A stretch of DNA of 12,914 nucleotides, taken from Candidatus Thorarchaeota archaeon. Lineage in GTDB: Archaea > Asgardarchaeota > Thorarchaeia > Thorarchaeales > Thorarchaeaceae. Under the pieces are notes generated by a model, which had not been told where the DNA came from, searched no databases, and saw only the letters and a list, made by a program, of their open reading frames with translations. Where the stretch lies: the NCBI GenBank assembly GCA_011364905.1, contig RDNZ01000061.1:1-12914 (forward strand), in the 5' to 3' direction. Below are positions 1-6,705 of the stretch, piece after piece; the first letter of the stretch is position 1, and each line of letters opens with the position of its first letter. Both the position numbers and the translations under genes were made by a program.

Positions 1-603
1 GACGATAATACCTCTGGGTTCTTCTTCACCAAAGATTTCTGCTTGAAACGACATAAACTCAGTCTCAGGGTCTTTCCACATGTTCATTGGCAATCCTGCC
101 TTGTTGCAGGTGTGCTCCAAGAACTCTCTTGTGTCCCATTTCCAGTCCACAGGTACCTGTGGGAGGAGGAGGCCTCGGAACATGCCTCTACTTGCAATCA
201 ATCCATCTCTCCCGACTTTGACGAGATCTAGCAGCTCCTCTGGCTTTGAATACTCTATCTTCTTGGGAGGTGTCAGGACACTCAAATCGACTATTATTGA
301 GTCAAGTTCCTTTGGAGTGACTCGTGGAAAACGCGGATCATTGATTGCTGAGTCCACCGCAGAATCAACAGTGGCTTCGACCAAGGGATAGGAGGGATAG
401 GGCCGACCGATACAGCCCCTCAGAGTGACGCGTCCGTCAAAGACCGTGTTTAATGTTACAAAGACTCCTGATTTGGCACGAAGATGTTCAGGTGTGTCTT
501 CTGGGGCTTGTAGTTTTTTTCCGGTCGTTACGATCTCATCTATAGTCTTTCTGGCAAGACCAACAAGAAAGACTCCATCATCATCGGAGTAAGCATAGGA
601 CAC
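1..603 (-). CDS. AMMECR1-domain protein (TIGR00296 / AmmeMemoRadiSam protein A family), 3' end truncated by window edge
   Basis: Not in the ORF track. Manual translation from GTG at 603 (in-frame TGA just upstream at 609-607): MSYAYSDDDGVFLVGLARKTIDEIV...KSGVFVTLN...LRGCIGRPYP...SAINDPRFPRV...LSVLTPP...GRDGLI...GLLLPQVPVDWKWD...TCNKAGLP...FQAEIFGEEEPRGIIV. LRGCIG, DPRF and GLLLPQV are family signatures. The frame is open for 201 codons to position 1. Confidence 0.93.
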   Translation of the reverse strand, partial: MSYAYSDDDGVFLVGLARKTIDEIVTTGKKLQAPEDTPEHLRAKSGVFVTLNTVFDGRVTLRGCIGRPYPSYPLVEATVDSAVDSAINDPRFPRVTPKELDSIIVDLSVLTPPKKIEYSKPEELLDLVKVGRDGLIASRGMFRGLLLPQVPVDWKWDTREFLEHTCNKAGLPMNMWKDPETEFMSFQAEIFGEEEPRGIIV

Positions 604-655
604 TGTTCATCAACTCATTATACCTTTACGAGTTCATCGTTATTATCTTGACTCT

Positions 656-1969
656 TCAGGATTTCTGGACTGGCACCTTCCCAGGAATACCCGGTCCTGT
701 GACAAACTCGCCATCATCAAAAACGACCACTCCTCCCACTATTGTGGTAACAGCATGTGCCAATACGCGCCTTCCCTCAAATGGAGTGATTTTCGCTTTT
801 GAGAAGAAGTCATTGCCTTTTATTGTGTCCTCCTGAATCCGGGCCAACACTATATCAGCGTCATACCCCTTGGTGAGAATACCTTTTGTTTCAAGTCCAA
901 TAATTCGTGCAGGAGCTGATGAACAAACTCTCAGATAGTCAATCCATGCCATTCGCTTCTCAAAGACCTCTGTCAGCATGAGTGGGAGCGTTGTTTCAAG
1001 ACCCGGAATCCCCGATGATGCCTTCAGGAAAGGTGCTGTTTTCTCCCACTTCTTGTGAGGCGCGTGGTCAGAAGCAACGCAGTCAATTGCCCATGTCTTA
1101 CACAAAGCCTCCATCAACATCTTGTTATCGTAGGGTGATCTAAGAGGGGGAAGTACTTTAGCCACTCCATAATCATGCCGAAAGTCGCCTCCTGACAGAA
1201 ACAGGTGGTGAGGAGTGACCTCTGAGGTCAGAGTGTCTTCTGCACGATTTTCATAGATCAATCTAGCAGTGGCTGCGCAGCTGACATGGCAAACATGAAG
1301 TCTTGCTTCGTACTCTATCTTTGCTTCAATGAATGATTGGACCGATTTCACCTCGTCCTCACAACTGTGCGAGAGAAAGAACTCCTCCATGTCCTTTGGT
1401 ACTTTATTATCAGGAGGCAAGTCCGGATGGAAAAGAAGTGGCATCTGACTGGCAACTGCTAGTTTTGTGCATTCCCTGATTCTTTCTGGTGTATACACTA
1501 CATCGTGGTCTAGAGGTGCGTGAGGATAGACCTTCAGGCCCAGAATATCTCGTAACATCTGGACATCGAAATTCTCTATCTTGCTGGGTATTCCAGCGTA
1601 GAACCCCACATTCACGTAGCTCAGTTCTTGTGATCGGGCTATTTTTTCGTCGAGGGTCTTCCGGTCAAGAACTGGGGGGTCTGAATTAGGCATGTCGACT
1701 ACTGTGGTCACGCCGCCAGCAGCGGCAGCCATTGTTCCAGTTTCATAGTCCTCCATGTCGGACTGTTTGAGATCCCGAAGGTGGACGTGAATGTCAATCA
1801 GGCCTGGTAGAACGTAGAGCCCTCTACAATCAATTGAATCACGGTATTGAGGTTCATCACCATGCTTGTAAACGCCTTCTATTTTGCCCGACTCGATTGA
1901 CACAGAGCGTATTGTCTCTCTCCCATTCTCTATGAAAATTCCATCCTTAAGGACCAAATCTACGGACAT
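656..1969 (-). CDS. pyrC: Dihydroorotase (type I, amidohydrolase superfamily)
   Basis: 437 aa. PGLIDIHVHLRD (metal HxH plus substrate Arg), AAAAGGVTTVVDMPN (substrate Asn), HVCHVS, EVTPHHL, PPLR, SDHAPH (catalytic Asp plus substrate His), GIPGLE and GYDADIV. Confidence 0.88.
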   Translation of the reverse strand: MSVDLVLKDGIFIENGRETIRSVSIESGKIEGVYKHGDEPQYRDSIDCRGLYVLPGLIDIHVHLRDLKQSDMEDYETGTMAAAAGGVTTVVDMPNSDPPVLDRKTLDEKIARSQELSYVNVGFYAGIPSKIENFDVQMLRDILGLKVYPHAPLDHDVVYTPERIRECTKLAVASQMPLLFHPDLPPDNKVPKDMEEFFLSHSCEDEVKSVQSFIEAKIEYEARLHVCHVSCAATARLIYENRAEDTLTSEVTPHHLFLSGGDFRHDYGVAKVLPPLRSPYDNKMLMEALCKTWAIDCVASDHAPHKKWEKTAPFLKASSGIPGLETTLPLMLTEVFEKRMAWIDYLRVCSSAPARIIGLETKGILTKGYDADIVLARIQEDTIKGNDFFSKAKITPFEGRRVLAHAVTTIVGGVVVFDDGEFVTGPGIPGKVPVQKS

Positions 1970-2018
1970 ATGCCATCAACGCCGGTTCTTCAGCGTGAGG
2001 TTGAATACCCACTAACCT

Positions 2019-2837
2019 TTACTCAGGAGCTTCAGGAACTTTAAACTTGTTAGCAACAAATCGTGTGAAATCTGTTGCGCTAATCATCCCCATGAGTCTG
2101 TTACCTTTGCCTACCACAGGTAATGAACTTAGCTTTGCGTCTAGCATCTTCGATGAGGCATCTGCTATTGAGTCGTCTGGATGGGCAAGGGGTGGTTGTT
2201 GAAGCATGGCATCCACAACACGAATTTGTCGTACCTGATTTGCACGATGCTTATCCGGTACCTCCACAGTGAACTTTGCCATGGCCTGCGCGACCATCCG
2301 TTCTGTAATCAGTCCCAGAACCCGACCTCCATCGGTGACTGGCATGCCTGCATAGCCAGCTGCAAGCATATCCCCTCTGGCCTTCACAAGCCTCGCCACC
2401 GGATTGACCTGTAAAATGTCTTCCTTGGTCATGATCTGTTCGACTTTGACATCCTTGAACTTCTGGACCAGCTGTGAAATCTGAACCTTAGTAATCACAC
2501 CGACAAGTTTTCCCTCACCGTCTACAACAGGACAACCACTCATTTCACGTTCAATCATGAGCTGTGCGACATCTGTCACCTCTTCATCAGGACCTACTGT
2601 GATGACGGGTTCGGTCATTGCACTAGATACATGGAGCCTCTTTATTGAAAGAGCTACTACCTTGCTTACACCCAATCTGTCGGCGATGTCGGCATATGTG
2701 AGAATTCCCTGAACATTCCCATTTTCCACGACAATCAGCCTTTCAACACCCTTCTTCTCAAGTAGCTCGAGCGCGTAGGACAGTCTCTGGTCCTTGTCGA
2801 TTGTGACTGGCTCGACCATAATTTGGCTCACTTTCAT
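2019..2837 (-). CDS. Stand-alone four-CBS-domain protein (two Bateman modules)
   Basis: 272 aa. Four repeats of V..IM / PV(T/V) / G(I/V/L/M)(L/I)(T/S) (GILTYAD, GVITKVQ, GLITERM, GMISATD). GGAG RBS at 2850-2847. Confidence 0.9.
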   Translation of the reverse strand: MKVSQIMVEPVTIDKDQRLSYALELLEKKGVERLIVVENGNVQGILTYADIADRLGVSKVVALSIKRLHVSSAMTEPVITVGPDEEVTDVAQLMIEREMSGCPVVDGEGKLVGVITKVQISQLVQKFKDVKVEQIMTKEDILQVNPVARLVKARGDMLAAGYAGMPVTDGGRVLGLITERMVAQAMAKFTVEVPDKHRANQVRQIRVVDAMLQQPPLAHPDDSIADASSKMLDAKLSSLPVVGKGNRLMGMISATDFTRFVANKFKVPEAPE

Positions 2838-2896
2838 TGCGATAATCTCCTATCAGTACATACACAGTCCAAGCTGGCTCATGAGTGTTTGACCAA

Positions 2897-3457
2897 CTAG
2901 CTACGACAGTTCTCACACAGATATTCGCCATCTTCTTCAATCAGATCTGTTGAGTATTCGCCGCAACTGTCACATTCGCCTCCATAGGTAATGTCCTCAT
3001 CCTCTTCTTTTTGCCGTTCAACACCATCACTTCTGAGACGTAGTGACTCGACAAGTATATCGATAAGTTCTGGAGACCAACGAAGCAGGTCTCTCGAAGT
3101 GATAATTCCTGCCAGAGAATTGTTCTTTAGAACGGCAACACGGCGAATGTTACTTCGTGCCATCACTCGCATGGCCTCTGTCAGCCCAGTCCCAGGTTCT
3201 ACATGAATGATGGGTGATGACATAATATCCCGAGCAGCTGTGGTCTTTGCGTCCCTCTCTTCTGCAATGACACGCCTGACAATGTCCGACTCGGTTATTA
3301 TTCCAAGCGGATGTTCCTTAGCAACAATGACTATGGAACCTATATCCATCTTAGTCATGGATGTGGCAACATCAAAGACGGTTGCGTCTGGCGGCATCGT
3401 TACAACATTGATAGACATGATGTCTCTCACAAACATTGAATGAGAGGGATCAGACAT
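2897..3457 (-). CDS. CBS-pair protein with C-terminal Cys4 (Zn/Fe ribbon) domain
   Basis: 186 aa. VRDIMS...GIITESDI...ARDIMSSPII...GIITSRDLL, then an acidic linker and CDSC-x15-CENC at the C-terminus. GAGG RBS upstream. Confidence 0.9.
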   Translation of the reverse strand: MSDPSHSMFVRDIMSINVVTMPPDATVFDVATSMTKMDIGSIVIVAKEHPLGIITESDIVRRVIAEERDAKTTAARDIMSSPIIHVEPGTGLTEAMRVMARSNIRRVAVLKNNSLAGIITSRDLLRWSPELIDILVESLRLRSDGVERQKEEDEDITYGGECDSCGEYSTDLIEEDGEYLCENCRS

Positions 3458-3547
3458 TTATTTAACCTCAATTTTATCAGAAGCTGGTCAGACGCCCGGC
3501 CACCAACTGGCAAAGTGTCTTCTCGAGCTGGACTTTTACATGTCTGA

Positions 3548-3553
3548 TTTTAA
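3548..3553 (-). promoter_or_regulatory. Candidate TATA box (TTTAAA) for the CBS-CBS-pyrC-AMMECR1 genes
   Basis: TTTAAA in the 136-bp spacer between the rqcH stop and the CBS-ribbon start. Motif match only. Confidence 0.3.
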
Positions 3554-3593
3554 ATGTGTCTGTGTCCTCTTGTATCAGAAAGAGCGTTCATTA

Positions 3594-5609
3594 TCACTGT
3601 TCAATTCTACCCCCTCCCGCAGGCAATACACGCATCATATCTTCCTGAGGTATTTGACTCACTAGAATGGCACGATCTTCAGGTACTAGTCCTTTGAGTC
3701 GATTGAGCACTTCCTTAACGAGTTGTCCTTTCTTTGTATCGCCTGGAACCACCTGCACATGATACTCAGTTTGTGTTGCTACTGCCGAAGGAGGCCCTGA
3801 GATTGGAATCGCATACTCCTCCTCTAGTATGACTCCTACCGATAACTCAACAGACACTTTTCGAATATAGTTCTTGGTTCCATACAACATCACAGCTCCA
3901 GATGGCAGGTATTCACCTGAAGGTGGACTAAAGCTCACCTGTTCCGGATTTACCCAGTATGCATCGCCATTCGATAGCCCATCCTGCCATGCACTGGAGA
4001 ATGTGACTGCAAACTGCGCAGCCTCTTCCAGTGTCTGTTGGCTTGGCGGCTCATCGGGCACTTTGACTATCGTGTACGGAGCCCCATGAAGTGCAGCATG
4101 CAGGAATATGTCATTTGCTCCCATTTGCCGTTTTGCAAGGGTCTCGTTACTCTTTGCATCACGTCCGCCCAAAACAAGAAAGCCCTCTGATGAAATGAAC
4201 CACCGGAACTTCTCATACCACTGCTTCTTCCTTTTCTTCACTGGAACTCTCGTGCTCTCTGGTTCCGGCACTGTCTCCTCCAATCTCTCAAGCTTCTCTT
4301 TTGTCTTCGCAATCTGTTTTCTTGCGCCTTCTGTTTTTGATTCTGCCTTTTTGGCTTGGTCATATGCAAGTGCGGCGTTATCCTGAACCGAGAGCCGAAT
4401 GTCCAGTGTCACATCAACTTCATTCAGTTTCACGATTATCTGGCCTTGAGATGGAATAATCCTCTGAATCAGCCTAGCGGAAGGGATGCCCTGTTTTCGT
4501 CCTTGGTCAATTTTGGATATGATTTCTTCCCATTGTGTTCCTGCAGCCCTTGCTTTCGTGACTGTTTCCAAGACCTCCTGAATAATAGTGAAGTGAGAAT
4601 ATATCAGCTCTCCTGCCACTCTGAGGTCTCTGGCTTTTGCCGTTAGGCTGTCTATACTCTCATTCTGTTTCTCGATTATTCGCTTTAGTTTCTCTCGTTC
4701 TATTGAGCGCGCATCTTGTTCCTGATCTTCTTCCAGTTCGGTTTCAGACACTCCAAAGAAGGCGTCGATGGCTTGGCTGAAAGTACTGAATGTTTCAATG
4801 GGCAAGTCCCTATAGAGCTCGAATCTAAACGGAAGAAATGCAGTGAAATCAGGCTCTTCGTCTTCAGCAGGTTCGTCATCAAAGACTATGTTTGGTTCAT
4901 TGACTCCTCCTCTCAGTTTATCGATAAAGATGCCCAATCCTGTCTGTAAGTCCGTCAGTGTTTGACCATCAATTTCAGAACTCATTGCTTTTGGTGAAAC
5001 TTTTCCCAACGCACAGATCTCTTCGATGCTTAGAGAATCGAGATTGAGTCGACTTGTCAATGTTCGAACTATGTTTGCATTTGAGCCCGTGATGGTTTCC
5101 TGCAGTGACCCTGGCTCAAGGCTCAGGACATCCAGTCCTCGTGGCGGAGGAAACTCATACCTGGCCTTTGGTACAACATCTCGGTCTCGCATCTTTCTGT
5201 ATCGCATAGCGACAAAGATGGTATCCTCTGGATCCAGAAGAAGTAAGTTGCCAATGCCAAACAATTCTGCGACAAGTTTGTATGTGTTGGCCTCATCTCC
5301 CACCTCGATTACAACAATTCTATCCATTTCATGTTGTCTGACCGAGGTTACTCGTTTATCCCTGAGATATTTCCGCAGCACTGTGCAGAACTTGGGTGGT
5401 GTTCTTGGTGCCTTACGTACGAACTCTGTGAGATGAATACGATGGCCAGGATGAACGAGAAGCTGTGTCGTGCCTCCACCTGGTTGGTACAGTTTTAGCA
5501 CAAAGATGTCGCCGTACTGATAGACATTTTTGATAAAGGCACCTTCTGCTGACTGACGAAGCTCAGGTAGGATGAGCCTAATGTCAATGTTACTCATCGA
5601 GTCCTTCAT
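3594..5609 (-). CDS. rqcH: Archaeal ribosome quality-control factor RqcH/Rqc2 (NEMF/NFACT family)
   Basis: 671 aa. N-terminus MKDSMSNIDI, F..VLRKYL, EMDRIV (DR motif), AELFGIGNLLL, coiled coils flanking an M domain (GELIYSH...NAALAYDQAKK), KQWYEKFRWFISSEGFLVLGGRDAKSNE and HAALHGAP (NFACT-R), then the archaeal C-terminal part (WVNPEQVS..PPSGEYLPSG). GGTGAG RBS at 5620-5615. Confidence 0.95.
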   Translation of the reverse strand: MKDSMSNIDIRLILPELRQSAEGAFIKNVYQYGDIFVLKLYQPGGGTTQLLVHPGHRIHLTEFVRKAPRTPPKFCTVLRKYLRDKRVTSVRQHEMDRIVVIEVGDEANTYKLVAELFGIGNLLLLDPEDTIFVAMRYRKMRDRDVVPKARYEFPPPRGLDVLSLEPGSLQETITGSNANIVRTLTSRLNLDSLSIEEICALGKVSPKAMSSEIDGQTLTDLQTGLGIFIDKLRGGVNEPNIVFDDEPAEDEEPDFTAFLPFRFELYRDLPIETFSTFSQAIDAFFGVSETELEEDQEQDARSIEREKLKRIIEKQNESIDSLTAKARDLRVAGELIYSHFTIIQEVLETVTKARAAGTQWEEIISKIDQGRKQGIPSARLIQRIIPSQGQIIVKLNEVDVTLDIRLSVQDNAALAYDQAKKAESKTEGARKQIAKTKEKLERLEETVPEPESTRVPVKKRKKQWYEKFRWFISSEGFLVLGGRDAKSNETLAKRQMGANDIFLHAALHGAPYTIVKVPDEPPSQQTLEEAAQFAVTFSSAWQDGLSNGDAYWVNPEQVSFSPPSGEYLPSGAVMLYGTKNYIRKVSVELSVGVILEEEYAIPISGPPSAVATQTEYHVQVVPGDTKKGQLVKEVLNRLKGLVPEDRAILVSQIPQEDMMRVLPAGGGRIEQ

Positions 5610-5632
5610 TTAATCTCACCTGGCACTCAAAC

Positions 5633-5654
5633 CGACACGATTATAACCTCGTCG
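5633..5654. promoter_or_regulatory. Candidate shared (bidirectional) promoter: palindromic TTATAA at 5641-5646 inside an imperfect inverted repeat
   Basis: CGACACGA-TTATAA-CC-TCGTCG. It is the only TATA-like element in the 79-bp spacer between divergent rqcH and the EMC6-like gene. Confidence 0.4.
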
Positions 5655-5688
5655 ATTGAACGAGCCATCGCTTAGGTAGTGGCTGTCA

Positions 5689-6021
5689 ATGAATCTCACT
5701 CCTCTTCAAAGTATCTTCAAACGAATGTTTGCACGATGGGATGACTCTCCAAATGATCAGCAGTACTATGTGAAGATTTTCTTTGCTATGGTTAGTGCAT
5801 TGATCTGCGGCGTTGCTGGTCCAATATTCGCAGGGACTCGAGGAGTGATGTTTGGTTTCCTTGTCTACGTTCTCTCTCTCTTTGTCATTCGCTATCTCTT
5901 AGAAATTAGCCTAGAGGACCTGGGTGGGACACAAAAGATGATCACAAACTCACTACCCTCATACTTGATGCTCTGGGTCGTCTTGTGGACTTTGATATAC
6001 GCCTTTACAAGTCCTGTCTGA
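5689..6021 (+). CDS. EMC6/RAB5IF(OPTI)-like three-TM membrane protein (Rab5ip family; partner of Oxa1-superfamily insertases)
   Basis: 110 aa. Amphipathic N-terminal helix, TM1 YYVKIFFAMVSALICGV, GxxG hinge into TM2, acidic loop LEISLEDLGGT, TM3 ending LWTLIY. Matches the size, topology and motifs of RAB5IF/EMC6 as I recall them; no search was run. Confidence 0.72.
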   Translation: MNLTPLQSIFKRMFARWDDSPNDQQYYVKIFFAMVSALICGVAGPIFAGTRGVMFGFLVYVLSLFVIRYLLEISLEDLGGTQKMITNSLPSYLMLWVVLWTLIYAFTSPV

Positions 6022-6047
6022 GATTCTAGCAAGTCCTCATTGTGAGA

Positions 6048-6062
6048 TTGTGAAAATCACAA
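6048..6062. promoter_or_regulatory. 15-bp palindrome TTGTGA-AAA-TCACAA, candidate Lrp/AsnC operator (or RNA hairpin)
   Basis: Perfect 6-bp arms around an A3 centre, nested in an outer inverted repeat GTGAGATT (6042-6049) / AATCTCAC (6064-6071), about 160 bp upstream of an Lrp gene. Confidence 0.5.
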
Positions 6063-6090
6063 GAATCTCACTGGTTGACAAAAGGGACTC

Positions 6091-6127
6091 GTCACTCTCA
6101 TAGTGTCATTCTCAATCGACATTCTGA
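6091..6127 (+). repeat. Three degenerate 10-bp direct repeats
   Basis: GTCACTCTCA (6091), GTCATTCTCA (6105) and GACATTCTGA (6118), spaced 14 and 13 bp apart. Confidence 0.4.
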
Positions 6128-6152
6128 AAATTGCGAATAGTACAAATAACCC

Positions 6153-6159
6153 TTAATAA
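6153..6159 (+). promoter_or_regulatory. Candidate TATA box (TTAATAA) for lrp-kaiC
   Basis: AT-rich TTAATAA about 70 bp upstream of the lrp ATG, with a GGTGGT RBS-like element at 6209-6214. Confidence 0.35.
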
Positions 6160-6223
6160 CGCTCTTTTGTGAATTATTCGATGCGCAAGAACTTCCCCAG
6201 ATAGGACTGGTGGTAGCTGAAAA

Positions 6224-6694
6224 ATGGACCAACTGGATAGAGACCTACTTCATATACTTCAGAAGGATGCAAAAACCCCCTTCACACGAATAGCAGAAGA
6301 GCTGAATCAGCCAGACACTACTATCCATTTTAGGGCCAAGAGGCTTAAAGAAAACAACACCATAACCAGATATTGTGCCCTGGTTCATCCAGAAGCTCTC
6401 GGGTACACGGCTTCGGCCATTTTTCGTATAGAGATAGGTGGTCATATTCTTCCTGAGATTAGTAAAGACCGAACACACACCTTCGCTGAAGAGCTTGCAG
6501 AGGATGAACAATATTTGTGGGTGGCAGTAGACGAGGAGCCTATGATTGTCCATGCGCTCACAATGGGAACTGGCGAAGAAGACCTTCAGAGAAGGGCTGA
6601 TGTTCTTCGGAAATCTCCAGATGTTGTAAAAGTGACTATGACGCCAGTTAGTGCTGTTGTCAAAGGATGGGAACTTAGTGGTACTTCAAAGTGA
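6224..6694 (+). CDS. Lrp/AsnC family transcriptional regulator
   Basis: 156 aa. N-terminal HTH MDQLDRDLLHILQKDAKTPFTRIAEEL...TTIHFRAKRLKENNTI...VHPEALGY, followed by a RAM-like domain. Confidence 0.92.
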   Translation: MDQLDRDLLHILQKDAKTPFTRIAEELNQPDTTIHFRAKRLKENNTITRYCALVHPEALGYTASAIFRIEIGGHILPEISKDRTHTFAEELAEDEQYLWVAVDEEPMIVHALTMGTGEEDLQRRADVLRKSPDVVKVTMTPVSAVVKGWELSGTSK

Positions 6695-6705
6695 GATGAT
6701 ATTCC

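Noticed and set aside
514-520. A7 run (A AAA AAA) on the AMMECR1 coding strand as a -1 frameshift site
   Set aside because: The zero frame continues through all conserved motifs, and I see no stimulatory structure or useful alternative frame.
656-1969. Allantoinase or dihydropyrimidinase assignment
   Set aside because: The dihydroorotate-binding Arg (HLRD), Asn (MPN) and His (DHAPH) are all present.
3520-3597. Possible C/D-box sRNA on the minus strand after the rqcH stop (TGATAATGA...CTGA)
   Set aside because: Poor C box, short guide, and no convincing C' box or terminal D box at the right spacing.
6019-6071. Selenocysteine readthrough of the TGA at 6019 with the downstream hairpin as SECIS
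   Set aside because: The TGA falls at the expected C-terminus for the family, another in-frame TGA follows eight codons later, and the hairpin does not fit archaeal or eukaryote-type SECIS geometry.
6019-6127. Mini-CRISPR array or MITE in the repeat-rich spacer
   Set aside because: Repeats are at most 10 bp with no 30-40 bp spacers, no target-site duplication, and no cas or transposase gene nearby.
3579-6167. AACGCTCTTT shared by two spacers (minus strand 3588-3579, plus strand 6158-6167)
   Set aside because: One 10-mer match among roughly 0.9 kb of intergenic DNA on both strands is close to chance expectation, and the positions relative to starts differ.
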